Notes: generated by a model not told the origin, from the letters alone. A stretch of DNA of 64,000 bases from Candidatus Bathyarchaeota archaeon (GCA_963767735.1 CAVYES010000006.1:1-64000); one strand, 5' to 3'. Shown: positions 8,009-19,037, counted from the stretch's first letter. Numbers and translations: made by a program.

Positions 8009-9298
8009 TTACCGTTTTTTGTCAATTTTTTCTCTGTTGCCCATGTATTTCCTTAAAGCTGTTGGTATGTTAATTGTGCCGTTTTCTTGCTGATTGTTTT
8101 CTATTATGGCAACTATAGTTCTGCCTGTAGCTATGGCTGTCGAGTTTAAGGTGTGAACAAATCCTTTAGGCGGTGCACCCTCTTTTTCCCTGTAACGGAT
8201 GCCTAAACGCCTCCCTTGGTAATCAGTGCAGTTGCTGCATGAAACTACCTCGCGGTAACCCTCTTGTGCTGGCATCCAAGCCTCAATATCGTATTTTTTG
8301 GCTGCGACGGTTCCAATATCGCCTGTGCAAACGTTAACGACACGGTATGGCAATTCAAGCTTTTGAAGCAAGTCCTCAGCGTTCTGCAGCAGTTCCTCAA
8401 GTAGCTTTGCTGATTCTTCGGGTTTGCAGAAGATGAATTGTTCGATTTTGTTGAATTGGTGAGTGCGGAATATTCCTCTTGTATCTTTGCCGTGTGCCCC
8501 AGCCTCTTTTCTAAAGCATGTGCTTATTCCAGCAAGTTTGAGCGGCATGTCTTGTTCCTTTAACACTTCGTTCATGTACATTGCAGCCATAGGATGCTCA
8601 GAAGTTGCGATTAAGTACAGGTCTTCGTTTTCCACTTTATAGAGAACATCAGCAAAGTCTCCAAGTGCTGTTACCCCTTCATACGCTTCCCGCTTCATCA
8701 AATACGGCGGAATAATTGGCGTGTAGCCCTTTTTTGTCAGCTCCTCTATTGCGAAGCTCATTAACGCCATGTCTAATTGTGCGACTTGGTTTTTTAAGTA
8801 GAAGAATCTTGCGCCGGAAATTTTTCCGGCCCTTTCCATGTCAATTTGGTCTAAATCTAAAGCTAAGTCGATATGATTTTTTATTGGAAAATTAAATTTT
8901 GGAGCAGTTCCCCAAGTTTTTACTTGCACGTTGTCATTGGAGTCTTTTCCAAGCGGAACACTTTCATCCAGCAAGTTCGGAAGCTGCATAAGGTAGTCAT
9001 GGGTTTTCTGTTCTTGTTGGATTACTTGCTTTTCAAGGATTGTTATTTTTTCATCAATGTCCTGTGCTCTCTCGACTTCGCTGTCGGCTTCCTTGCCAGC
9101 TTTTTTTAGTTTAGCGATTTCTATGGTTACTTGTTTTCGCTGGTGGCGCAGCTCGTTTAGTTTAGTGAGGTTAAATCGCCATTCCTTGTCAACGGCAATT
9201 AAATCCAATAGCATTTGGGTGGTTTCAGTGTTGCCCCGCTTTTCCAAATTATTTTTTACTATCTCGGGATTTTCACGGATAAGCTTGATATCTAACAT
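8009..9298 (-). CDS. serS: Serine--tRNA ligase
   Basis: MLDIKLIRENP, LIATSEHP, FRKEAG, R.HQFNKIE, EVVSCSNCTDYQ, HTLNSTA. Confidence 0.97.
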   Translation of the reverse strand: MLDIKLIRENPEIVKNNLEKRGNTETTQMLLDLIAVDKEWRFNLTKLNELRHQRKQVTIEIAKLKKAGKEADSEVERAQDIDEKITILEKQVIQQEQKTHDYLMQLPNLLDESVPLGKDSNDNVQVKTWGTAPKFNFPIKNHIDLALDLDQIDMERAGKISGARFFYLKNQVAQLDMALMSFAIEELTKKGYTPIIPPYLMKREAYEGVTALGDFADVLYKVENEDLYLIATSEHPMAAMYMNEVLKEQDMPLKLAGISTCFRKEAGAHGKDTRGIFRTHQFNKIEQFIFCKPEESAKLLEELLQNAEDLLQKLELPYRVVNVCTGDIGTVAAKKYDIEAWMPAQEGYREVVSCSNCTDYQGRRLGIRYREKEGAPPKGFVHTLNSTAIATGRTIVAIIENNQQENGTINIPTALRKYMGNREKIDKKR

Positions 9299-9388
9299 TG
9301 CTCTCACCACGAAGTAATTCTCTAACTAACAAAATCGGCTATTTAACTTTACGATGCGTTTGTATTTAGCCATTATCCCCTTTGTAAT

Positions 9389-9447
9389 GGGTTGAAGCAG
9401 AAGTAGCTCAGATCGAAAAAGCGTGGCTTTTCTGCACTCAACCTACA
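9389..9447 (+). other. Long imperfect hairpin followed by ACA (candidate structured RNA)
   Basis: GGGTTGA/TCAACCT and GCAGAAG/TTTCTGC stems, ACA immediately 3'. Confidence 0.3.
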
Positions 9448-9636
9448 AACACTTCAAACCCTGAACTTAAAAAGCAGCCAAACCATCCTGAACAAAAACC
9501 AGCAAGTTAAAACAACAAACAAACTAAACTTGGGACATTTACAGTGTCGTTGGAAATATCGATTCAGAAAAGCAATAGTTTCAAAAAATAGAAGAAGGTT
9601 TGGATTTGGTTTCTTGGATTTGTTTGTTGTCCAGTT

Positions 9637-9924
9637 TTACTTTTTGCTTAGCGTTATCTCCATCGTTGAAACCATTCTGGACTTGCTCTCTCCCTCACGT
9701 GGTGGCATCTCGGCCGTTCCAATAGCGATCTTAGCGACTTTGAGGTCTTTAATGAACCGGTTTCTCGTTATCTCTGCGACATCAACAGCGGTGGTTATGG
9801 CTTGGCCTCGGGCTTTCAAAGTGACTTCATCTAGGGTTCCTGAAGAGAAGCTTGTTATGATTGCCAGAACATAGCTCATTGGAGGTTTATTCCCGACGAA
9901 GATAACGTCTGGATTTTGGGTCAT
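9637..9924 (-). CDS. albA: DNA/RNA-binding protein Alba
   Basis: FVGNKPPMSYVLA, LKARGQAI..AVDVAE, VSTMEITL. Confidence 0.96.
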   Translation of the reverse strand: MTQNPDVIFVGNKPPMSYVLAIITSFSSGTLDEVTLKARGQAITTAVDVAEITRNRFIKDLKVAKIAIGTAEMPPREGESKSRMVSTMEITLSKK

Positions 9925-9953
9925 TTTATTTACTCCTTTTGTGTTTGCTTTGT

Positions 9954-9997
9954 GTAACGTTGCTGTTACTGCGCTTGACTAGTAACGGAAACGTTAC
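9954..9997. promoter_or_regulatory. Two GTAAC-N6-GTTAC palindromes upstream of albA
   Basis: 9954-9969 and 9982-9997, 28 bp apart, between the TATA-like element (about 10020) and the start codon. Confidence 0.55.
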
Positions 9998-10114
9998 TGT
10001 TCCACTTATACGAGTTCTTCTTAATAAGTTCATTGAAAAAACACTGATAAGCAAAAACTGTTCAACATTTTAACGGCAACCTATCTGGAAAGGCTTTTTT
10101 ACATCCGCACCATA

Positions 10115-10777
10115 ATGAGCTTTAACATTCAACAGGCTCAGGGCGTTAACTTGCTAACTAAACTGAAGAAAAAAGTTCAGCAAATGCTAACTTCACAAGC
10201 AATAGCCGCACATAAAATAGGTTTAACTCCCAACAAAGTAAGCCTCATCGGATTCATACTAGCTCTAGCGTCAGCGGGCGCCTATGCAGAAGCTCCAAGC
10301 TACAAGTGGCTTCTTCTTTTAGCAACGGCTTTGCTTTTAGCGTCAGGATTCTGCGACACGCTTGACGGCATCATTGCCAGAACTTTTCAGCAAGTAACAG
10401 TGTTCGGCGGCTTTTTTGATTCGGTTCTTGATAGGTATGCCGATGCAATAGTGTTCTCGGCCATTATAATCGCTGGATTATGCGACCCTGCTTGGGGTAG
10501 AGTTTGGGGTCCAGTTTGGGCCCTAGCAACTTTGGCAGGTTCTTTACTCGTAAGTTATAGTAGAGCAAGAGCGGAAGCTGCAGGCATAAAAATGGAGTCA
10601 ATCGGCCTCGCTGAAAGAGCTGAACGCATGCTTATTTTAGCAGCGGTTAGCATAATCGCGTTTTTCTGGCTGCCCGCCTTGGGTTATGGTATGGCCTTGT
10701 TAGCGGTGCTTTCAAACTTCACCGTTATACAAAGAGCATTTCACGTTTACAAGGAATTAAAGAAAAAAACAGTATGA
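10115..10777 (+). CDS. CDP-alcohol phosphatidyltransferase (archaetidylinositol phosphate synthase-like)
   Basis: DTLDG..AR....G...DS.LDRYAD signature; VSYSRARAE; ERAER. Confidence 0.92.
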   Translation: MSFNIQQAQGVNLLTKLKKKVQQMLTSQAIAAHKIGLTPNKVSLIGFILALASAGAYAEAPSYKWLLLLATALLLASGFCDTLDGIIARTFQQVTVFGGFFDSVLDRYADAIVFSAIIIAGLCDPAWGRVWGPVWALATLAGSLLVSYSRARAEAAGIKMESIGLAERAERMLILAAVSIIAFFWLPALGYGMALLAVLSNFTVIQRAFHVYKELKKKTV

Positions 10778-10782
10778 GCTAC

Positions 10783-11073
10783 TTAGTATCGTCTTTTGGC
10801 CCTTGAGTGGCGTTCACTTTCGGCTCTGACATTAACGATTCCACGGTGAACCGCGCAGGATATGCAGTAATATTTTGTGTCCACCCACGAAGCGAGATAT
10901 GTGCCTTTTTGTCTGAGTTCTTTAGCTAATTGAGGTTCGACAAACGATACTCGGCGAGTATTTCTTTTTGCCTTATCGCGCGGTACCATGGCTCCGCAAT
11001 TGGCGCATTGAACAAGGCTGCTGCTTCCTTTGCTTCCTTTTGATCTTCCTCGGCTTTTTCGCTTAGATGGCAA
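10783..11073 (-). CDS. rps26e: 30S ribosomal protein S26e (eS26)
   Basis: KRKSRGR, CANCG..VPRDKAK, YCISCAVH. Confidence 0.95.
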   Translation of the reverse strand: MPSKRKSRGRSKGSKGSSSLVQCANCGAMVPRDKAKRNTRRVSFVEPQLAKELRQKGTYLASWVDTKYYCISCAVHRGIVNVRAESERHSRAKRRY

Positions 11074-11123
11074 TTATTTTTAACCTCTTTCTCTCTTATT
11101 TTCCCAATATGCATTAACCTATC

Positions 11124-12017
11124 TTATATATATGCTCTTAACTTTAAAAGCTTAGCAATGTTCGCTTCTCTACTTATTTGAGGGACAATTTTTCCATCAG
11201 GCGACGTCATCAAGGTTGTAACTCCTGGACCATGGCCAGCCGTAACACAGTTCGTGTGGATTACTATGCCTACTGAAATAGCGCCTTGGCGGTAAATTCT
11301 ACCAAACGAGTGGTCAGCATCAATAATAGCTACTAAATCGCCAAGCCTTAAACTTTCAAGCCCATATTGCTCAACAACTGCTTTATCGAACAATTGAATA
11401 TCATAATCGCCCGAGTTAACCTGGTTAGCTCCTAAACCTGAACCCATGATGGCTGCTGGAACAATATGCGTAACAGGCACCTCAAGTTTGTCACCGTTCG
11501 ATTCGATGCTCCAAGCATCAAGCAAAGCTGGATCCATATTCAAGACTTTAATTTCTGGGAAATCAACCAGTTTTAAACCCACGCCGAAAGCTTTCACCAG
11601 AATCCGATCTCCCAGCACAAGCTTCTCCAAAACCTCGGAGGGAAAATCAACCAGCACATGCTCGATTCCGCCGTGTTTGCCTGTGACAGTTCCTTCAGCG
11701 CCCTTAGCGTCACCATTAACTACTGTTGCTTTGTTTCCAACGCATGATAGCACATTGAACGCGGTATTAGCGGCTTGTCCTGAGCGGGCATCGTTTTCCT
11801 TGTTTTCCACGCTGACGCCTGGCTCCACGTGATCAGCTTCCCAACCGCATGCTGGGTCGCCGACTCTTAGATTATAAGTTATGCCGCCTACTCCAGGCAA
11901 AACCACGGGTTTCCCTGTTGCCGAAACATTATAGACTGATCTGATTGTTGGGCTGGCTATTTCACCCATGACTGATATTTTTATGAGTTTTTCAACGTTT
12001 GTTCTAAGCATAAGCAT
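11124..12017 (-). CDS. DUF4438 (TM1086-like) protein
   Basis: PGVGGITYN, ADHVEPGVS, GKHGGIEH, GSGLG..SGDYDI, GHGPGVT. Confidence 0.85.
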   Translation of the reverse strand: MLMLRTNVEKLIKISVMGEIASPTIRSVYNVSATGKPVVLPGVGGITYNLRVGDPACGWEADHVEPGVSVENKENDARSGQAANTAFNVLSCVGNKATVVNGDAKGAEGTVTGKHGGIEHVLVDFPSEVLEKLVLGDRILVKAFGVGLKLVDFPEIKVLNMDPALLDAWSIESNGDKLEVPVTHIVPAAIMGSGLGANQVNSGDYDIQLFDKAVVEQYGLESLRLGDLVAIIDADHSFGRIYRQGAISVGIVIHTNCVTAGHGPGVTTLMTSPDGKIVPQISREANIAKLLKLRAYI

Positions 12018-12165
12018 TACTCATCGGGCATTTGTCCTATCCTTAAGGAGTCTAATAAAACTTTACAGAAATACGCTTCTCCCTTTAAGCAAATCTTAAA
12101 TTATGCGGCTCTTTATTGTTGCAGTGAAGCTAACTTTATCTAAAATTGTCAGAAGGAAATTGGCA

Positions 12166-12744
12166 ATGTCTGAAATTGGATTAAGAACAAAAATGCTAGT
12201 AAAAGACGTAATGAGCAGCCCAGTAGTAACTCTGGATGAAAATGAAGCTTCAAACAAAGCTGCAATGGTCATGGACAAGAACGATTTAGGCTGCGTAATA
12301 GTTACAAATAGAGCTGGAAATTCAATCGGCATCATTACAGAGCGAGACTTAGTGATTAGGGTTTTAGCAAAAAACCTCAAACCTGATACGGCTAAAGCCA
12401 AAGAAATCATGACAACTCCTCTGGTAACAATTGAACCTGACGCAACAATAACTGAAGCAGCGCGACGAATGAACCGGCTAGATATCAGACGGCTCGGCGT
12501 TATTTACAAAGGCAACCTTGTCGGAATAATCTCAAGCAAAGACATTCTTGGCGTAATGCCAGAACTGATAGAAATAATCCAGGAAAGATCACGCATCGAA
12601 GATGCAGACCGAACTGAAGAAACCGAAGAGGCGCCTGTGTCAGGATACTGCGACCGCTGCAACATCTACTCTGAAAGCCTCAAGGAACGAAACGGACAAA
12701 ACATCTGCGACGAATGCCGAATAGAACTCGAACAAGAAAAATAA
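12166..12744 (+). CDS. CBS-pair protein with C-terminal Zn ribbon
   Basis: VKDVMSSPV, GIITERD, IRRL, GIISSKD; C-terminal CDRC...CDEC. Confidence 0.9.
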   Translation: MSEIGLRTKMLVKDVMSSPVVTLDENEASNKAAMVMDKNDLGCVIVTNRAGNSIGIITERDLVIRVLAKNLKPDTAKAKEIMTTPLVTIEPDATITEAARRMNRLDIRRLGVIYKGNLVGIISSKDILGVMPELIEIIQERSRIEDADRTEETEEAPVSGYCDRCNIYSESLKERNGQNICDECRIELEQEK

Positions 12745-12880
12745 CCTTATTTTCTCGTTTAAACTGAAAAAAGTGATTTCAGGCGAAGTTATCCTTAGAA
12801 ATTCTTAAGCCAGTCGCATTGTGCGATAAATAAACTTAAATTAACCAAACTACCCGCTATTCAATAGACTGTGAACTGAT

Positions 12881-14227
12881 TTGATTGTTGATTCTGTCCT
12901 CACAAACGCCAAAGCCTACCTTAACGGGCAAATTGTCGATTGCAGCATAGCTATTGAAGAAGGCAAAATCTTCAAAATTGGCAAAGAAACTCAAATGCCA
13001 AATGCTGACCAAAAAACTAATCTAAAAAATCTTTTGGTCCTGCCCGGCTTGATAGATGAGCATGTTCACCTGCGAGACGAGGGAAAAGCGTACAAAGAAG
13101 ACTTCCAAACAGGAACAGCTGCCGCAGCCGCTGGGGGCTTCACCACGGTCTTAGATATGCCTAACAACGAACCAGTAACAATGAGCCTGGAAACTTTAAG
13201 GAACCGCATGGCAATCGCTGAAAGAAAAGTTCTGGTAAACGTTGGATTCTATTCTGAATTTCCAAAAAAATTAGCTGATGCAAAAGATATCGTTTCCGAA
13301 GGGGCAGTAGGGTTTAAGCTTTTTATGGGTAGCCAAATCGGCGGATTAAACATTGATGACGACCAAGACTTAGCGGATGCATTCAAAGAGGTTGCTGAGT
13401 TGAATGTGCCAGTGGCGGTGCATGCTGAAGACAAAGCATTGCTTACAAAAAACGAAGAGAAACTTAAGCAAGCCAAAAAAAATAGCATTGCCGCTTTTCA
13501 AGAGGCGCATTCAGAAACAGTTGAGCTAAAAGCCATCGAACGCCTACTAAAAATAAGTGCGCAAACTGATGTGCGGTTGCATTTTTGTCATGTTTCAACT
13601 GAAGAGGGCTTAAACGCCATTGTGGAAGCTAAAAAATCTGGAAGAAAAGTAACATGTGAAGTTACCCCTAACCACCTATTGTTATCAACTGCTGATTTGG
13701 AACATTACGGGCAATTGCTGATTATGGCGCCCCCGCTTCGCAGCAAAAATCATGTTGAAGCGTTATGGAAAGGTTTGGAAGCAGGCTGGATTGATGCTTT
13801 AGGTTCAGACCATGCGCCGCATGCTTTAAGCGAGAAGTCCGCAAGCAGCGTTTGGGATGTTAAAGTTGGCGTGCCCGGTCTAGAAACCACTTTGCCCCTT
13901 ATTTTGACGCTTGTAAAGAAGAATCGGTTGTCCTTAGCTCAAGCGGTTCAGCTTCTAGCGGAGAAACCGGCAGAGATTTACGGTTTGAATGACCGTGGTC
14001 GCTTGGAGCAGGGAAAGAATGCAGATTTAACTGTGGTAGATTTTAACCGCAAATTCAAAATTGAGGCTTCAAAATTCAAGTCCAAAGCCAAATATTCCCC
14101 GTATGACGGGTGGGAAGTTCAAGGTAAGCCAGTAAAAACCTTCGTTAACGGATTGTTAGTTTTTGATGAGGGGGAAATAGTTGCTAAAGCGGGTAGCGGC
14201 TCAATTGTTCGGAGAGGCAACGTGTGA
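12881..14227 (+). CDS. pyrC: Dihydroorotase (type I amidohydrolase)
   Basis: PGLIDEHVHLRD, AAAGGFTTVLDMPN, HAED, CEVTPNHL, SDHAPH. Confidence 0.88.
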   Translation: MIVDSVLTNAKAYLNGQIVDCSIAIEEGKIFKIGKETQMPNADQKTNLKNLLVLPGLIDEHVHLRDEGKAYKEDFQTGTAAAAAGGFTTVLDMPNNEPVTMSLETLRNRMAIAERKVLVNVGFYSEFPKKLADAKDIVSEGAVGFKLFMGSQIGGLNIDDDQDLADAFKEVAELNVPVAVHAEDKALLTKNEEKLKQAKKNSIAAFQEAHSETVELKAIERLLKISAQTDVRLHFCHVSTEEGLNAIVEAKKSGRKVTCEVTPNHLLLSTADLEHYGQLLIMAPPLRSKNHVEALWKGLEAGWIDALGSDHAPHALSEKSASSVWDVKVGVPGLETTLPLILTLVKKNRLSLAQAVQLLAEKPAEIYGLNDRGRLEQGKNADLTVVDFNRKFKIEASKFKSKAKYSPYDGWEVQGKPVKTFVNGLLVFDEGEIVAKAGSGSIVRRGNV

Positions 14228-14712
14228 AGTTCCTAGCGGATAGCATGCTGGGAAAACTGGCACGTTGGCTACGCATGTTAGGGCACGATGTCACATACGA
14301 CGTTCAGCTGAACGATAATGGGCTTCTTGAATTGGCAAAGAAGGAAAACCGCGTTTTATTAACTAAAGATTTAGAGCTTTACCAACGCGCCATCGCCAAA
14401 GGCATAGATGCCCTCTACCTTGAAGGCAAATCGGAATCCGAACGGCTGGCAGAAGTTGCCAAGCGATACAGCTTAACATTGGAGATAGATATGGAAAAAT
14501 CCCATTGCCCAGTATGCAACACAAAACTTAAGGCTACGCCAAAAGAGCAACTTTCAGGCGAACTAGAGAAAAACACGTTCACTTATTACGATAAGTTTTG
14601 GAAATGCCCAAATTGCGGGCAAGTCTACTGGCAAGGAGCACACTGGAAACAAATCAGCAATACACTTAAAGAAGCGCAAGCAAAACTGGAAAAATTAAAA
14701 GAAAAAAATTGA
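14224..14712 (+). CDS. Mut7-C RNase (PIN) domain protein with Zn ribbon
   Basis: FLADSMLGKLARWLRMLGHD, CPVCN, CPNCGQVYWQGAHW. Confidence 0.92.
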   Translation: MKFLADSMLGKLARWLRMLGHDVTYDVQLNDNGLLELAKKENRVLLTKDLELYQRAIAKGIDALYLEGKSESERLAEVAKRYSLTLEIDMEKSHCPVCNTKLKATPKEQLSGELEKNTFTYYDKFWKCPNCGQVYWQGAHWKQISNTLKEAQAKLEKLKEKN

Positions 14713-14715
14713 AGC

Positions 14716-14958
14716 TTAAGTTAGCCATTTTAATGGAATATCTTGGAAAGTTCCGTCTGGCAATGTCCTTCTGATCGTTATCGGAAGTATTCTGGCCTCA
14801 AGTTCTTTTAGAGCGATGTCAATCGGGTTTGTATTTTCACTTGCATCCACCAAAATCGGTGCTCCCATCGAGATTTGAAGCGCTCTAGCTCCAACTATTC
14901 TTGCTTTCTCAAAGCGAGTAATTTTTGGTGGTCCAACAGTTATTTTTTGTTCTGACAT
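14716..14958 (-). CDS. rpoK: RNA polymerase subunit Rpo6 (K)
   Basis: [27 protein letters not shown]. Confidence 0.96.
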   Translation of the reverse strand: MSEQKITVGPPKITRFEKARIVGARALQISMGAPILVDASENTNPIDIALKELEARILPITIRRTLPDGTFQDIPLKWLT

Positions 14959-14961
14959 ATT

Positions 14962-16642
14962 TTAATACTCTCCAGCGCCTGGATATCCGCCCATACCGCC
15001 CATTCCACCCATACCGCCGCCGCCCATTGCTCCTGGTGGTGGTCCTTTCATTTTGCCAGAGGCAATAACATCGTCGATTTTGAGTATCATGGATGCTGCT
15101 TCGGTTGCTGATTTGATTATTTGTTTTTTGACTGAGAGCGGTTCAAAAATGTTTACTTTTGACATATCTTGGATTTTTCCTTCTAGGACTTCTATGCCAG
15201 CCCAAGTTTCTCCTTTTTCATGCCTAGATCGTAATTCTGAAAGTATGTCAATTGGGTCTAAGCCAGCGTTTTCAGCAAGCGTTACAGTTATCGATTCGAG
15301 GGCTTCTGCGAATACTCTAACTGCAAGTTGCTCTCTTCCCGGCATTGTTTCAGCATATTTTCTGAGTACACTTGCCATTTCAAGTTCTGGAGCACTTCCT
15401 CCAGCAACGATTTTTGGCTCTTGGATTAGGTCTCTGATAACGCAGAGTGCATCGTGGATTGAGCGTTCTGCCTCTGCAGTCATACGTTGAGTTCCAGCTC
15501 TAATCAAGATGGTAACTGCTTTCGGGTTCTTGCAGCCTTCAATGAAAGTCATTTTGTCGTCGCCGATTCTGCGCTCTTCCACCAAAGCTGCATATCCAAG
15601 GTCTGACGGTGAAATATCATCCAAGCTGGATACTATTTTTCCGCCCGTGGCTTTTGCAAGTTTTTCCATGTCGGATTTTTTGGCTCTTCTAATGGCGATT
15701 ATTCCTTTTCTGGCAAGGAAATGCTGAGCCATGTCATCTATGCCTTTTTGGCAGACGACTACGTTTGCGCCTGAAGCTAAAATTTTGTTAGTCATGTCTT
15801 TTAGCATTGTTTCTTCTTGCTTGAGGAACGCTTCAATCTGGTCGGGGCTTTCAATGTTTATTTTAGCGTCTAACTCGGGTTTTTCAATCTCCAAAGAGGT
15901 GTCGATTAATGCAATCTTTGCTTTCTCTACCCGTTTGGGCATTCCTGAGTGAACAATTTCTTTGTCCAAAACTATGCCGTTTATTAGGCTTGTGTCGCTG
16001 AGGGATTCGCCTGTTTTCTTTTCAACTTTTACGTCGTCAACATCTGCCTTGTAGACTCCGTCGTGTTTTTCGGCGACTGCCAACATTGCCTTAACAGCTA
16101 AATCAGCTAAGTAATCTTTGTATTCAGCAACGATTTTGCTTCCCATTGATGTTGTTGCAGCCTTTTTCAGGTAATCCTGAGATTTCAGGTCTACGGGGAT
16201 GGCTATTTTTTCAAGGGTTTCTAGCGCTTTTTCAGCTGCCGTCCTATAGCCGTCAATTATGATTGTTGGGTGAATATTTTTGTCAATTAATTCTTCTGCT
16301 CTGCTGAGAAGTTCGCCTGCAATTATAACTGCAGATGTTGTTCCGTCGCCAGCTTCATTGTCTTGGGTCTTTGGCAACTTCCACCATCATTTTGGCTGCT
16401 GGATGCTGAATATCCATCTCATCCAAGATGGTTCGGCCATCGCTTGTTATTGTAACGTCTCCGAAGCTGTCAACTAACATTTTATCCATGCCTTTTGGGC
16501 CTAAAGAGCTTCGGACGCTTTCAGCTATAACTTTAGCGGCAGTTATGTTTCCGTGTTGTGCTTCTCTTCCACGGGACCTGTTTGAACCTTCTTTTAAAAC
16601 GAGAACAGGTATTCCGCCTGCTTGTGTTGGAAATGATGACAA
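14962..16642 (-). CDS. ths: Thermosome (group II chaperonin) subunit; split by a 1-nt insertion near 16370 (likely sequencing error)
   Basis: [20 protein letters not shown]-rich tail; removing one A restores VAKTQDNE. Confidence 0.93.
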
Positions 16643-16795
16643 ATCAAGTAATCTCCTTTAATGCGAACAACAACAAAATGTTACTAGCCATATAAGTTTT
16701 TCTAGTCAGTGCATAATTAATACCGCTTAGGCAAGCGTTTTTTGCATCATTTATTCTGTTTTTACAGTTTTCTTTGTTTCATTTTTGCCACGGGA

Positions 16796-17299
16796 TCAGT
16801 AGACTGAAACTTTGGCTATTCCCGGTATTTTCAGTATTTCGGGGATTAGTTCTCCTGGGATTTTTTTCTCAACTATCAAAGTGAGTTTTGGTTCCGGTGA
16901 GAGTTCTGGGTCATCTACGATAGCTTGCCTGATGCTTAATCCTGCCCTGTTGAGAATCATGGCTGCGTTGGATAAGATTCCTGGCGATTTTGCGTTTACA
17001 GGAGTTATTTCTAAGACTCCCAGATTGATGTGTTTGGCGATTTCTTTTAGTGAATGTCCTGCTGGACGTATTTCTTCAAAAATCAATTTGAGTTCTGGGT
17101 TGGCTTTTATTGTGTTTAATGTTTCGTTTACTGTTCGTCGGTCTACTCCGGCGGCTCTTGCTATGCGTACTGGTGGGATTTCGATTTGGTTTAGGTATAT
17201 TTTGTTGTCTTGGACGCTTAGTCCGTTTTCGATGAGGACACGTGCTACTTTGAGTCGTTCAGGGTATTGTTGCAGTTGATTTTTTATTTGGTTCCACAT
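16796..17299 (-). CDS. trpY: TrpY-like ACT-domain regulator (COG2150)
   Basis: YPERLKVA..L...GLSV, IARAAGVDRRTV HTH, PGIL, ISIRQA..DPEL; divergent from trpB2. Confidence 0.8.
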   Translation of the reverse strand: MWNQIKNQLQQYPERLKVARVLIENGLSVQDNKIYLNQIEIPPVRIARAAGVDRRTVNETLNTIKANPELKLIFEEIRPAGHSLKEIAKHINLGVLEITPVNAKSPGILSNAAMILNRAGLSIRQAIVDDPELSPEPKLTLIVEKKIPGELIPEILKIPGIAKVSVY

Positions 17300-17309
17300 T
17301 TTGTTTCGC

Positions 17310-17417
17310 TTGTGTATGTTTTTGTTCGTCTAAGTATAAATGTGTTGTTTAATGGTCATCGTGTTTGATGAACAAATCTGTACACAAAAGCCTTAAATAA
17401 AACTTAAACGTACGTTT
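17310..17417. promoter_or_regulatory. Putative TrpY operators
   Basis: Inverted pair 17310-17330 / 17367-17387 (16/21 match), the second containing TGTACA; palindrome AAACGTACGTTT at 17406-17417 after TATA-like CTTAAATA. Confidence 0.55.
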
Positions 17418-17447
17418 CATAGCTTTAAAGACAAAAAGGCGAAAGAA

Positions 17448-18907
17448 ATGCCAAATAGAAAAATCTTACTTAAAGAAGACGATATACCAAAACAGTGGTA
17501 TAACATAGTTCCCGACTTGCCTAAGCCGCTCCCACCATTCATCGATGCAGCAACAAAACAGCCAGGAGTCGGAATCGTCCCACGAATATTCCCAAAAGCA
17601 ATTATCGGTCAAGAAATAAGCCAAGAACGATGGATAGACATACCTGAAGAAGTCCGAGAAGTCTACCGAATCTGGAGACCATCACCACTTTTCAGAGCCA
17701 TCGGTCTAGAAAAAGCACTAAAAACACCAGCAAAAATCTACTACAAATACGAAGGCGTAAGCCCAGCTGGAAGCCACAAACCAAACACCGCCGTACCCCA
17801 AGCATACTACAACATGAAAGAAGGCACAAAACGCCTATCAACAGAAACAGGCGCAGGCCAATGGGGTTCAGCCTTAGCTTTTGCAGCCATGATGTTCGGG
17901 CTCAAAGCCACAGTTTACATGGTTCGTGCAAGTTATGACCAGAAACCATACCGAAAATGATGATGAACGCTTTCGGCGCAGAATGTATTGCCAGCCCAAG
18001 TAACAAAACAGAGGCAGGAAGAAAAATCCTCGCTGAAGACCCAGACAACAAGGGCAGCCTCGGCATAGCCATCAGCGAAGCCGTCGAAGACGCCCTCGTC
18101 AACGAAGAAGAAACCAACTATGCCATAGGCAGCGTCTTCAACCACGTATGCTTGCACCAGACAGTTGAAGGATTAGAAGCCAAAAAACAACTCGAAATGG
18201 TCGACGATTATCCCGATGTGGTTTACGGTTGCATAGGCGGAGGCAGCAGCTTCTCAGGACTCATGTGGCCCTTCTACCACGACAAGGTCGCCAAGAAAGC
18301 ACCTAAAGAAACCAAATTCGTCGCCACCGAAGCCACTGCATGCCCCAAAGTCACCAAGGGATGGTACCAGTATGACCACGGCGACACCGCAAAACTAACA
18401 CCCCTAGTTCCCATGCACACTATAGGTCACGACTTCATTCCAGCACCCATCCACGCAGGCGGGCTCCGCTACCACGGCATCGCCCCAACCATAAGCGTGC
18501 TTGTTCAAGAAAAGCAAATGACTACAGAAGCATTCAACCAAATAGAAGTCTTCGATGCAGCTAAACTTTTCATTCAAACAGAAGGCATAATCCCAGCGCC
18601 TGAACCATCACACGCAATCAAAGGCGCCATTGACGAAGCACTACGCTGTAAAAAGACAGGTGAAGCAAAAACCATCCTGTTCGTGCTCTGCGGTCACGGC
18701 TACTTTGACATGGCAGCATACGACGAATACTTCAGCGGCAACCTCCAACCATACGAGTACCCAGCTGAGAAAGTCGAGGAATCAATGAAGAAACTGCACA
18801 AACTGTACCCATGGCTGGATGAGGTTAACAAGAAATACATAAGCTGCGAAACCACTCTAAACCCACTCTCTTTTCTTTATTTTTTCTTTATCCTCAGTTT
18901 TCTTTAG
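17448..18907 (+). CDS. trpB2: TrpB2 tryptophan synthase beta chain; 1-nt deletion near 17955 (likely error); C-terminal end uncertain
   Basis: GSHKPNTA (PLP Lys), [31 protein letters not shown]. Confidence 0.92.
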
Positions 18908-19037
18908 TCTTTCTCCATCTACCTACCCGGTTATTCTAGATGATTCAAATATGCACATCTCTAGATCATAAAAATAGTCGCTTCACTGTCAATTTTCTTT
19001 TTGTTCTAGCAACCTAATACCAACTTAGGTTATTCAC

